Below the pieces are notes generated by a model. It was not told where the DNA came from. It worked only from the letters and a program-made list of their open reading frames with translations, and did no database searches. Made by a program: the position numbers and the translations under genes. Shown in pieces: positions 27,913 to 37,664 of a stretch of DNA of 64,000 nucleotides. Source of the DNA: Nitrosopumilus sp. Lineage in GTDB: Bacteria; Planctomycetota; Planctomycetia; Pirellulales; Pirellulaceae. The stretch lies in the NCBI GenBank assembly GCA_964225475.1, contig CAXQOB010000012.1, positions 18,521 to 82,520 of the forward strand. The letters are read 5' to 3'. How positions within the stretch are numbered: position 1 is the first letter of the stretch; every line of letters starts with the position of its first letter.

Positions 27913-28577
27913 TAAAGTTGGTCGTATTCGACATGGCTGGGACAACCGTTGATGAGGACAATGTTGTCTACAAGACGGTAAGAGCGGCGATCAATTCAGC
28001 CGGTTACTCTTTCACTCAAGATCAAGTGCAAGCGGCAGGCGCCGGTAAGGAAAAATCCCAGGCCATACGTGATGTTCTGGCTCTTGATGGATCGGAGCAT
28101 GATGAAGAAGAGGTGCAAGTCATCTTCGCTGATTTCAAGAGGCTTCTCGCCGCGGCTTACTGCGATCTAGATGTACGCGAGCAGCCCTACACCACAGAGG
28201 TCTTTGAAGCGTTACGTGAGCGGGGAATCAAAGTGGTGCTGAATACGGGATACGATCGAAAAACTGCAGAAAGCTTGATCGACAAGATTGGATGGAAACT
28301 GCATGAACACTTTGATGCATTGGTGACGGCCAGCGATGTCGAGAATGGTCGCCCGGCGCCCGATATGATTCACCTTGCTATGGATCGAGTTGGGGTCAGC
28401 GAATCCAAAGCGGTGGTCAAAATAGGTGACTCGCAAATTGATATTCACGAAGGTAAGAACAGTGATTGTGGAGTGACGATAGGGATTACAACAGGTGCTC
28501 AGACTCAGTCGCAACTATTGGAGGCCAGTCCAACATACATCATTCACTCACTGCGTGAATTATTAGAGCTTGTTTGA
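27909..28577 (+). CDS. Phosphonatase-like HAD hydrolase (PhnX-like, TIGR03351-like)
   Basis: VVFDMAGTTVDE (DxAGT, as in phosphonatases); GKEK; LNTGY; GRPAPDMI; KIGDSQIDI.EG. ATGA overlap with the oxidoreductase stop codon. Confidence 0.88.
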   Translation: MIKLVVFDMAGTTVDEDNVVYKTVRAAINSAGYSFTQDQVQAAGAGKEKSQAIRDVLALDGSEHDEEEVQVIFADFKRLLAAAYCDLDVREQPYTTEVFEALRERGIKVVLNTGYDRKTAESLIDKIGWKLHEHFDALVTASDVENGRPAPDMIHLAMDRVGVSESKAVVKIGDSQIDIHEGKNSDCGVTIGITTGAQTQSQLLEASPTYIIHSLRELLELV

Positions 28578-28778
28578 TTCTGGGGTAAGCTGCAGGGGTA
28601 GCTTTATTTGATATCGAGTCAATTCCGCAGTGTTATGGTTCTGCAAGCAGTGAAGAGGATCTGGCTGTTTATTTAACGATCCATCACATTCCGGTAGTGC
28701 ACAGGTGTGTTAGTCGGTGACGATTGCGTTACAATTCACACGAATTATGGGTCAGTTGTTTCTTTTTCGGAATATACA

Positions 28779-28973
28779 ATGAAAGTTACCGGTTTAAAAT
28801 TCTTGGCGTTAAGCTTTTTCGCTGTTTCACTATTTGGTTGCAACGCGTCAACGGAGCCCACCAATACGGTTGGTAATGCGGAGCAGTCTGCAATCGATGC
28901 ATACGAATCTGCGTTGGCAGAAGAAGAAGGAGCGATGGATGAAGCACCTCCATCGGAGGACTTGGAGGAGTAA
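28779..28973 (+). CDS. Small acidic lipoprotein (64 aa), of the kind found next to DUF1559 genes
   Basis: MKVTGLKFLALSFFAVSLFG-C lipobox; mature part rich in E/D/A; followed by a terminator. Confidence 0.75.
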   Translation: MKVTGLKFLALSFFAVSLFGCNASTEPTNTVGNAEQSAIDAYESALAEEEGAMDEAPPSEDLEE

Positions 28974-29043
28974 TCGCCCTCCACTCCAAGATCGATAAGG
29001 AGATGGGTGGTCATTTTGAAGTGAGATGCCTGATCCAAAATAA

Positions 29044-29073
29044 AAAACCCACTCAGTTACCTGAGTGGGTTTT
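29044..29073. terminator. Bidirectional intrinsic terminator between convergent genes
   Basis: Perfect 13-bp inverted repeat AAAACCCACTCAG-TTAC-CTGAGTGGGTTTT with an A-tract on the left and a T-tract on the right. Confidence 0.88.
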
Positions 29074-29110
29074 CTTTTTGCATCACGGTATTCGATTTGA
29101 ATCAATCTGA

Positions 29111-30367
29111 TTATTGATTCAACTGTTCCTCAATCGTTTCCTTCGAGGCGCGAGATCCGAGTGCACCCCACAAGCCATAAGGGCTTTCTGAGCCGGGAGT
29201 GTTGATGCGATTATTCAGCCAGACCATCGGTGCTCGGTTGTCGCCGGCTTCAATCGAATCCGTGATAAACACCACTGCTCCATCGGCCATTAGAACGTGC
29301 GCTCCACCTTGGTGACGACTCGAAGCGGACCATACACCGGTTTGACCGGCATTGTTTCCGCTGCAGATTTCTGCATTGGGTGGCAGAATCGTGTGGAACC
29401 CAGACGCATAGGGACGGAAATCCGCCCAGCGGTATCCGCGTCGTGCAGCCACACCATCCAATGCGACCCCCTGCGCCCAGAATCTTGGTCGCTCAGGGTC
29501 GATCTGCCCCTGATCAGCACACCACTTGGGATTGTCCCTAATGGATCTTGGTGGGTTCTGGCTACGGTTTCGCGTTGAGCTGGTGCGGTTATCGCGATCC
29601 CCTAGATCCGTCGCAATTTCACCCATTGCAACCGTATTAGCGAGTCCATCGAGAATATCACGGAATTTGGATTCCTTGTGAGGTACGAAGACACCACGAT
29701 CAGCTGCTCGACTCTGTCGATTCCAACCATTGTTGCTGAAGTTCATGATTCCAGGCGTGCGAAAGCGAAGGTGTCCTGGGCCTCGGACGGACCACCACAT
29801 TGAGTCGCCCATGCAGACGGCGTAGTTAGTTCTTCCCAAAGCAGGAAGGCCTTGGCCCGGATCACTCGGGCAACGCAGCGTTGGTATCTCAGTGACCCAA
29901 GGCTGGTAGCGGATCTGAGACGGCACTGGTCCCATTGCCGGCCAAGGTACCGTGTACGGTGTGTCAGGTGCTAAAGCATTAACAAGACTTGGATTGCTGA
30001 TCTGCTCCCAAACTGCCTGTTGCTCGATAAAGGGGGTGAGCCCAACAAGTGCACTCAGACGCCAGGCATTCGCAGCGCCATAGTTGGACCACCAGTTGGT
30101 CGTAGCTCCCCTGCTACCCGCAGGTGCGATTCCACCGAGTGTATCGGTGCCGGCACCATGAGTTGGTAACTGCTTGTAGGCACTGTGGTAGTTATGGATG
30201 GCTAAACCGATTTGTTTGAAATTATTGCTGCAGCTCATTCGCCTCGCTGCTTCCCTCGCAGCTTGAACCGCCGGCAACAACAAGCCAACAAGAATACCGA
30301 TGATGGCGATCACCACCAGAAGTTCGACAAGGGTAAATCCCAAGCGATCTTTTTTATTAATCTTCAT
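29111..30367 (-). CDS. DUF1559 prepilin-type N-terminal cleavage/methylation protein with H-X9-DG motif
   Basis: G|[39 protein letters not shown]; LRCPSD; RTNY; [24 protein letters not shown] 5 nt before ATG 30367. Confidence 0.95.
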   Translation of the reverse strand: MKINKKDRLGFTLVELLVVIAIIGILVGLLLPAVQAAREAARRMSCSNNFKQIGLAIHNYHSAYKQLPTHGAGTDTLGGIAPAGSRGATTNWWSNYGAANAWRLSALVGLTPFIEQQAVWEQISNPSLVNALAPDTPYTVPWPAMGPVPSQIRYQPWVTEIPTLRCPSDPGQGLPALGRTNYAVCMGDSMWWSVRGPGHLRFRTPGIMNFSNNGWNRQSRAADRGVFVPHKESKFRDILDGLANTVAMGEIATDLGDRDNRTSSTRNRSQNPPRSIRDNPKWCADQGQIDPERPRFWAQGVALDGVAARRGYRWADFRPYASGFHTILPPNAEICSGNNAGQTGVWSASSRHQGGAHVLMADGAVVFITDSIEAGDNRAPMVWLNNRINTPGSESPYGLWGALGSRASKETIEEQLNQ

Positions 30368-30672
30368 GAACACTCCTATGAGATAAGGGAACTACGGTTG
30401 AGTAGGCTAACAGCTTTGACCTAGTTGCTGAAGATTTGTCCCACATTATGGTTTCAAAAACTCGGTTTTTCTCTACGTAGAGGGCAGAACTCTCTACTAC
30501 TTGGTGGGGCAGAAACCACCATCCTTTTCCCCTTCAATCCTTGTCATTAGATGTGATTGAAAATCAGGATTGATCCTAGATCGCCCACGGAGAAGTCCTC
30601 AGCTCACCGAGTCTCGGTTGGAAATATGATCTTAGCGACGAGTTTGACTGCGGGATGGAAGAGGGTTCACCA

Positions 30673-33600
30673 TCAAGGGTTTGATGGATGATAGGTGAAG
30701 GGTTGCTGATCAGCTTCTGTGAGCAGGTGTTGATGGTTGGTTTCAAGGTTCTTGAATTGCTGGGTCAGGCCGCTGGGCCATTGCACCTCGACATCGCATC
30801 GTAGAACTGCTTGACCTAAACCGATTCGCAGTGTTCTCTCGTTGCTGCATAGGTAGCCATCGCCGGCTAGTAGCCAAGCTGACCATGTCTGCTCATCGGA
30901 TTTGACTCGGATTAAGGAACCCACAGCGTCCCGACTACTGGCCGTGCCTCTCAGATCGAGACTGATCCGTGTTCCAACCTGCGTGCAGTGATTAATAAGT
31001 AACGCTGTTGGCTCGGTTTGATGGGTTACCACAAAATCTGATGCGTGGTCACCATTGGCGTCGATCGTCCATAACGCACGAGCCACGTGTGGATTCTGGA
31101 AGTACTCACTTTTGATTTGCTCCCCAACGGAAACGTAGGTGGAGGATTCACCGCGTTGAAAGAGTTGCATGGGATGTTCATAGAGAGATTTTTCATTTCC
31201 ACGAGAGAACATGTCCACGTGACCGTTAGCGACAATCAGTTCTAATTTCCCACTTGCATTCAAATCGACAGCTTCTGTACCAAATCCAACCAAAGGCATT
31301 GTGCATGACGCAAGATTCACGGTGGATGTAACATCTTGCCAAAGCCCCGAAGAACGATTGTCGTGCAAAGTGTTGTATTCTTTGTCAAAGTTTGTGACGT
31401 AAAAATCAAGATCGCCATCCTGATCAAAGTCTGCCGAGGCGATCCCCATCGACCCTTGAGAAAGTGCTCGATCATCAGTGCCAAGGCCTCTCAACATGCC
31501 TGATTCGATCAGCAAATCTTGCGGTTTATCACTCTCGCTTTTCTGTCGGAATGACCAGAGATGATTGTTGGTCATGTCGTTGGCAATGAAAATGTCGTTT
31601 CCGACCTCTTCATCCAATGCGCCAACAACAATTCCCAATCCACGTCCTAGTACAGTAGGTTTTGCTTTCCAAGTTTTGGTGCAGTCTTTTAATCTTCCAT
31701 CAGCTTGTGCTTGATAGAAATGATCGGCAGCTGCTGCGAATTTCACCGGGCTACAGGATCGAAAGACATCACTCTCTGGCATCGGGCATGTTACCGTAAC
31801 GGGTTCAGTTCCATCGCAGTAATTCACAATGGCAATATCATTTAAACCATCTCCGTTCAGATCTGCGATCGCCCCGCTTGTTGACCATTGTGGCTCATTG
31901 ATATCCAAAAGTTGCGTGCGATCAGAGAAGGTTCCATCTCCGTTGTTTACCAGCAGGGTGTTGGGGCCATAATTCAGAATCAAGAGGTCCGGAAATCCGT
32001 CTTCATTGATGTCGCCCACTGCGATGCCTTGAGTGAATCCGCGTTCATCCGAATTAGAAGCAAGGGAGCATTCGGTGAAGTGCCCGAGTTGATTTCGAAA
32101 AAGAGCGTTGGGTTTGGAGTCCTTCCTCGGTGGCTTTCCCTCCGCCGCAGCAAGGTAGAGATCGCTCCAGCCATCGAGGTCAAAGTCTAAGGTTCCACCA
32201 CCACAACCAAGTGTTTGGTAGAGCATGATTCCTGGTTGATCAAGCTTGTCACTGGTTTTCCCAAAGAAATCTAAGCCTCGCTTCATCGCTTCGTTGCTAA
32301 GCTCGTAGGTTGAGGTTTTATCTGGCACGCCGGACAGCGCTGCTCTTCGAACCGGGTTGAACCGGCTGATTGACGGGATCTCCAGACTGGTTAAGTCGAT
32401 CTGCAATTCAGGAGAATTGAGAGTGGTCTGCCACGGCGTGTCACGAGATAATTGACTGATTAACTCAGCACGGGTCTCTTCCGCTTTGACGGCATCATCT
32501 TCAGGTAACTGCAAAGCGATTGAGCACCATGCCTCTGCTTCCCAAAGTCGACCCAGCTTCTGTAATGTTTTTGCAAGTTCGATTGCGGTTTCCCTAGAGA
32601 CTCCTCCGGTACGCTCAAATTTTTGCTTCTGTTGGTTGAAAGTGCTTAGCAAAGTGGCTCTTTGATCGATGCGTTCCAAGAGCGAGTCGGTGAATATAGA
32701 TCTAGTTGTGAACGGTTCATTCGCTTCAGTGGCTACCGTTTCTGAATTAATCAGCATGCGTTTTACGGTCAGGCTTAGCTTGGTCCAGGCCTCCACTAAG
32801 TCTGAATCCACTTTGGTTGCTTCCCAGTAACACCTCGCGGCTTCACGAAACTTTTCCTTAGCCCTTGCCCAGTCGCCCATCGCCATCCAGTATTCGGGGT
32901 AGCCAACGATACTGACCGTCAATTGGTCGACCCATTTCTCAAAGGCTTTCCAATCTCCGTCGCCCGCAAGGGACCTGCCGAGTAAACCTTGTGCAGGGGC
33001 GTATTCGGGATAGGGGTCAACGATGCTTTGAAGGATTTTTATTGCACCATCAAAATCACGTTCGTCATATTTTTGACGCGCATAACCGAGAAGAGGTCGC
33101 GTATCATCGGGATTGCGTTCTGTCATTTGCAAGAGTGGTTGAGCATCCATCGTTCGATATTCGGTATTGCTCAATGCTTTCAGTAATTCAACGTCAAATT
33201 TTCTAACGCGAATCAAGTAACGCCCGTGTGGCAGACCCGCCTGTCGATCTTCGCTTCCCATCAACAGGTCGAATAACCATCGACGTGATTCGTGTTGCTC
33301 AGGGTGTTCATTCACTGCGTTCGAGAGTAGTTCCAATCCATCGAATAAGTCACCCACACTCACCATCGCAATCATTGCCTGTTGGACTCGTTTGGGGTTG
33401 GTATAGTTATCGGCGACACACGCGAGCTTCAGGTATTTGGCTGCATCGTCAGCTCTCTGTGTATCGTTTGCCAAGCGAGCCAGCTTTGTTAACACCTCAG
33501 GATCATCACTGTGGTCAGCGGCAACCTGTTCGGCATAGCTCCACGCTTCCTCGAAAAGACCCCTGCGAATAGCAGATTCCATCGCACGCAGTGGACGCAC

Positions 33601-33897
33601 CGTTGGATGCTGGACCGATTTTGGTGGTTCCGTTCCACAGCCTCCGGTCAAAAGTAAGGTGATGCAGGTGATCAACAGAGCGATCAAGTTTTGCTTGGAG
33701 ACTTGGAGCCTGATTCTCAGCAAGGCATCGCACAGGGAACAGCCGCCGTCCAAGGAAATGGGTGGATGGTCAAGGCAGTCATTTTGCTTGATGGACCCTG
33801 TGGGACGGACGTGTGACATGAGGTTTGGCGCTGATGGGTACGAAAAGTTGTTTAGGTAACTCGAGAAATAAACTGGCGTTGTTTGTTGCCGTTCCAT
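30673..33897 (-). CDS. TPR + FG-GAP (CRTAC1-like) + ASPIC/UnbV protein, probable lipoprotein
   Basis: Lipobox-like LLLTGGC; TPR-like helical N-half; DFDLDGWSD, DINEDGFPD, DLNGDGLND, DFDQDGDLD; C-terminal RDAVGS...GDGYLCSNERTLRIGLG. The true start is probably about 190 nt downstream of 33897. Confidence 0.9.
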   Translation of the reverse strand: MERQQTTPVYFSSYLNNFSYPSAPNLMSHVRPTGSIKQNDCLDHPPISLDGGCSLCDALLRIRLQVSKQNLIALLITCITLLLTGGCGTEPPKSVQHPTVRPLRAMESAIRRGLFEEAWSYAEQVAADHSDDPEVLTKLARLANDTQRADDAAKYLKLACVADNYTNPKRVQQAMIAMVSVGDLFDGLELLSNAVNEHPEQHESRRWLFDLLMGSEDRQAGLPHGRYLIRVRKFDVELLKALSNTEYRTMDAQPLLQMTERNPDDTRPLLGYARQKYDERDFDGAIKILQSIVDPYPEYAPAQGLLGRSLAGDGDWKAFEKWVDQLTVSIVGYPEYWMAMGDWARAKEKFREAARCYWEATKVDSDLVEAWTKLSLTVKRMLINSETVATEANEPFTTRSIFTDSLLERIDQRATLLSTFNQQKQKFERTGGVSRETAIELAKTLQKLGRLWEAEAWCSIALQLPEDDAVKAEETRAELISQLSRDTPWQTTLNSPELQIDLTSLEIPSISRFNPVRRAALSGVPDKTSTYELSNEAMKRGLDFFGKTSDKLDQPGIMLYQTLGCGGGTLDFDLDGWSDLYLAAAEGKPPRKDSKPNALFRNQLGHFTECSLASNSDERGFTQGIAVGDINEDGFPDLLILNYGPNTLLVNNGDGTFSDRTQLLDINEPQWSTSGAIADLNGDGLNDIAIVNYCDGTEPVTVTCPMPESDVFRSCSPVKFAAAADHFYQAQADGRLKDCTKTWKAKPTVLGRGLGIVVGALDEEVGNDIFIANDMTNNHLWSFRQKSESDKPQDLLIESGMLRGLGTDDRALSQGSMGIASADFDQDGDLDFYVTNFDKEYNTLHDNRSSGLWQDVTSTVNLASCTMPLVGFGTEAVDLNASGKLELIVANGHVDMFSRGNEKSLYEHPMQLFQRGESSTYVSVGEQIKSEYFQNPHVARALWTIDANGDHASDFVVTHQTEPTALLINHCTQVGTRISLDLRGTASSRDAVGSLIRVKSDEQTWSAWLLAGDGYLCSNERTLRIGLGQAVLRCDVEVQWPSGLTQQFKNLETNHQHLLTEADQQPFTYHPSNP

Positions 33898-34386
33898 TGA
33901 TCGTTGCCGCTCAACCGATCGCTGCCAGTGAATCGATAACCGGCCGATTCCTGTAACTCATTGTTTCAAATCCGATTCCGCTTGCAACGGGCTAGGGTTG
34001 GTCGCAAGGATTTGGTTTGTGAAATACGGCTGAGGTCACGCGCAAACCGTTCTGATCAACAAGTTATCGGTGATGACGGATCAGGATTGCAGAAGCGTTA
34101 GCACGAGGGATGGAGAAGCAATGAAATGGTTTGGCTCACCAACGGTTATTGTATTGGATTTTTTTCGGTCACCACCCGGCCGGTGGGAGTCATTGAATCT
34201 GTTCGGCCGTTTTACCTGTCAATGGACCTGCATTTGTGTTGGTCGCCTGTTTTTTTAACCGATGGTAAAGATCATTCTAGATTTGTCTCCACCCAAAAGC
34301 TGTGTTTTTGATGCTTGTTTTGTAACTTACGTCAGACGAATTCGTGGTATTCTTGACGCCACGCTGTTTTCTTTGTTCCATCACCG

Positions 34387-36057
34387 ATGACCTCCATGCA
34401 GAAACCTCAACAACGAGCTGTCGCACGCTTCGGCGGTAATCATGTAAGAGTCGCGAGGCAGGTGATCAGCTCAGCGGCTTCACTGCTGGTCTTGTGGGGG
34501 CTTTTGCTTGCCTTGGGGTGTGATCGGCAGAAAGGCGGTTCGGTTGGTTCCCCTCCCGGTCCTCAGATTTCGCTGGACAAGGGAGGTCAAGACTTGGGCT
34601 CTGAGCCGAGGGATGAAACAGGTACCCTTAGCGCGGAAAGGGTCGCTTATATCGATGAAGTTAGACCCCGCGTGGAAGCGTTTTGTGGTGATTGCCATGC
34701 GATGCCACGGCCAGCGAGTTCTACCAAAGAAATGTGGGTCGAGGAGGTCAATCAGGGATTCACGCTTTACGGAAAATCAGGTCGAAATGATCTGGTCGTG
34801 CCTTCGTACGAAGAGGTGCTCAAGTTTTTTCAATACCAAGCTCCGACGGAGATCAAGCTTCCACCTTCGATTGACAACTATCCTGCTTGCACGCTTAATC
34901 TAGAGCTGAGTGGTGTGCGGATGGAGGGTCCTCGTCCTCCCGGGATTACCAACGTTCGTTGGATTGATCTGGGAATCGGTAACTCAGCCACCCTCGTCTA
35001 TTGCGACATCGGAACAGGAATGGTCAAAGGCCATTGGCCCAATGATCCTGATCGTGCGTCGGTGAGGCTCTCTACACTTCTTCAGCCTGTTCATGTTGAG
35101 TCCTGTGATTTGGATTCCGATGGTTTGACTGACCTTGTGGTTGCCGATATCGGTGAATTCAATGCAGAAGATAGTCAGCTTGGACGGGTTGTTTGGTTGA
35201 GAAGAAAAGAAGGCGTTGAAACTTTCGACAAAATCGTGATTCGTGATGGGTTAAGCCGAGTCGCCGACGTTCAGCCCGGAGATTTTGATTCCGATGGTGA
35301 TGTGGATCTATTGGTCGGTGTGTTTGGGTGGCGAGCAACCGGCGAGATTTTACTACTGGAAAACCAAGGCATTAACAAGGAGGGCGTTCCCGAGTTCAAG
35401 GACCGTGAGATCGATTCACGACATGGTGCAGTGAATGTTCCTTGTACTGATCTCAATGGCGACGGACATTTGGACTTCGTTGCTTTGCTGAGTCAGGAGC
35501 ATGAGGTCGTTGACGCGTTCATTAACGATGGCTCTGGTAACTTTACCACGGAAAGGATTTGGTCCGCCCCGGATCCTGCTTATGGGTCAAGCGGCATCGA
35601 ATTGACCGATCTCGATGGTGATGGTGATCAGGATATTCTCTTCACGAATGGAGATTCATTTGATCGTGGTGCCAAGCCTTACCACAGCGTGCAATGGCTC
35701 GAAAATAATGGCGGCTACCCATACGTTCATCATCACATCTGTGAGATGCCGGGAGTGCTGAACGCCACCGCTGCAGATTTTGATGGCGATGGCGATCAGG
35801 ATGTCGTGGCGGTGGCGCTGCTCGCCGGTGATGATTATGAGGAACTCGTGAAACGCCAAACTTCATCCGTTGTGTTTTTGCAGCAGATGGCGCCTGGTGA
35901 GTTTGCGAGATTTCAGGTTGAGGCGAAAACTCCCACGCATCTTTCGGTCGAGGCCGGTGATTTCAATGAAGATGGCAAGTTGGATTTTGCAGTAGGACCC
36001 TTTCTTCGGTCTGGCGCAGCGAAGGAACCTGAGTTGCAGATTTGGTCAGTGCGCTGA
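34387..36057 (+). CDS. FG-GAP/VCBS beta-propeller lipoprotein with an N-terminal CxxCH heme motif
   Basis: LLLALG-C lipobox; FCGDCHAMPRP; repeats DLDSDGLTD, DFDSDGDVD, DLNGDGHLD, DLDGDGDQD, DFDGDGDQD, DFNEDGKLD. Confidence 0.88.
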   Translation: MTSMQKPQQRAVARFGGNHVRVARQVISSAASLLVLWGLLLALGCDRQKGGSVGSPPGPQISLDKGGQDLGSEPRDETGTLSAERVAYIDEVRPRVEAFCGDCHAMPRPASSTKEMWVEEVNQGFTLYGKSGRNDLVVPSYEEVLKFFQYQAPTEIKLPPSIDNYPACTLNLELSGVRMEGPRPPGITNVRWIDLGIGNSATLVYCDIGTGMVKGHWPNDPDRASVRLSTLLQPVHVESCDLDSDGLTDLVVADIGEFNAEDSQLGRVVWLRRKEGVETFDKIVIRDGLSRVADVQPGDFDSDGDVDLLVGVFGWRATGEILLLENQGINKEGVPEFKDREIDSRHGAVNVPCTDLNGDGHLDFVALLSQEHEVVDAFINDGSGNFTTERIWSAPDPAYGSSGIELTDLDGDGDQDILFTNGDSFDRGAKPYHSVQWLENNGGYPYVHHHICEMPGVLNATAADFDGDGDQDVVAVALLAGDDYEELVKRQTSSVVFLQQMAPGEFARFQVEAKTPTHLSVEAGDFNEDGKLDFAVGPFLRSGAAKEPELQIWSVR

Positions 36058-36239
36058 TTCGATGAAGCTCCGCAATCGTCACTCCATTGGATCATTCATA
36101 GAAGGAGTGCGATCATCGATTTCGAGGTTTGGGTGGTGGCTTTTACGAGCAACCATTTGAATGAACTCGCTCATCTTTCATGCTTCTACTTCCTGTAGCC
36201 GATTTGCGATTCCTCAATTTTGCATTGCACGTTGAGGTT

Positions 36240-37166
36240 TCATTGCATGGTGATCTGCCGTTCGCTGATTCTTGGCACCACCGTCGAGGGTTCGGGTCGG
36301 TTGGGGGTCTGGAAGTATCCCATTTCACTGGGTGATTCATCCTTCCAGCTGCTATGTGATGCTTCGACTCGAACGGTTGACATCTTGGGGTCAATCGTGA
36401 GGGTGGTGAAAAGTGGATCGGTGTAATATGCCATCCTTGTCTTGCCGCCAACCCAGTAGTACGAGGCTGAGTTAATGTGGAGGTACGGGACCTGATTGAC
36501 TTGACGCATTGCGTCAAGATGGCTGTGGCCGTTCAGGCACGCAATGACCTTGGAGCGATGGCGTCCGATTAATTGTTGAATCTCGTTGGCGTTGTTAATA
36601 CTGCTCCTGCCTGCGAGAGGCTGGTGACTGAGGATTAGGATCGGCTTGGTTGATTCTTTTAGTTGTTCCTCCAACCACGCTTGTTGATCTGGTCCGATGT
36701 ATGAAGGGTACCCTCCGCGATGAGTCGGTGATCCACTCTCATTTCCATCTAAGACAAGGATGCGGATACCTGCCACGTCACGCCGATAGTAACTCGATTC
36801 AATTCCCCATGCGTCGTAGATGTCTTTTCGATCAAGTCCATGATCAAATTCATGATTACCGATGACGTGAATGGTTTCTTGGTGTGCTGCATTAAATTTA
36901 TTTGCAAATTGTTTGTGAGCGGAGTTTGGATAAGCGAAATCGCCTAATTGGATAAGCGCGTCACATTCCATTGGTTTCATCGCACTCAGGAACGCACCGA
37001 GTCTCATTTCTGCATCATTGGCAAGGCCCCCGTGCAGGTCAGCTATGAGGCCAAAACGAATCAGATTCTCCGATGGCACTTTGCTGGCCAAGGTTTTCGT
37101 CATCACAAACGTCGTTGATAGAGCACCAAGCTTTCTTAAAGCGTTCCGGCGATCGATGCATTTCAT
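36240..37166 (-). CDS. Calcineurin-like metallophosphoesterase, Tat-exported
   Basis: IDRRNALRKLG Tat signal; DLH, GDF, GNHE, SHQP and GHSH metal motifs. Confidence 0.9.
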   Translation of the reverse strand: MKCIDRRNALRKLGALSTTFVMTKTLASKVPSENLIRFGLIADLHGGLANDAEMRLGAFLSAMKPMECDALIQLGDFAYPNSAHKQFANKFNAAHQETIHVIGNHEFDHGLDRKDIYDAWGIESSYYRRDVAGIRILVLDGNESGSPTHRGGYPSYIGPDQQAWLEEQLKESTKPILILSHQPLAGRSSINNANEIQQLIGRHRSKVIACLNGHSHLDAMRQVNQVPYLHINSASYYWVGGKTRMAYYTDPLFTTLTIDPKMSTVRVEASHSSWKDESPSEMGYFQTPNRPEPSTVVPRISERQITMQ

Positions 37167-37224
37167 GGGAATGTTGCCGCACGTGAATAGAGCCTTCGTC
37201 ATAATATTCTTTCAAGGACTCAAG

Positions 37225-37647
37225 TTACCAATCCAACTCATCAGGAAGGTCTTCTTCCATTTCTGCGTTGGAGCTGAACATGAGAAACTTACCATCCTCG
37301 AAGCAGTAGGTTGCGATGAGATTTGGCTCTTCATCAGCAAATGAAATCACAAATACAAATTTGTCGTACCCCACTTCGTCTGGTTCAGGCGCCACTTCCA
37401 CATACGAGAGATGATTCTCGTCTCGTGCTGAGAGAATCGACCAATTGACCAGAGTGTCATCTCCGGTTCCAACGTGCTCACGACCCCATGCGGTGATGTT
37501 GTCGGCGAGGATTTGACCTCGCGGGCCATCGGGGATTATCCCCTCGTGCACGGCGGGTGGTTCTGGCGTGGCCGTCTCAGTAGGTGGTGTTGTCGTATTG
37601 CAGCCGCCAAACAGCAAACCGCAGAGGATCGATACTAGTTTCTTCAT
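37225..37647 (-). CDS. Hypothetical acidic lipoprotein
   Basis: MKKLVSILCGLLFGG-C lipobox; T/P-rich linker; acidic globular domain. Confidence 0.75.
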   Translation of the reverse strand: MKKLVSILCGLLFGGCNTTTPPTETATPEPPAVHEGIIPDGPRGQILADNITAWGREHVGTGDDTLVNWSILSARDENHLSYVEVAPEPDEVGYDKFVFVISFADEEPNLIATYCFEDGKFLMFSSNAEMEEDLPDELDW

Positions 37648-37664
37648 TGCGACACCATCATTCG

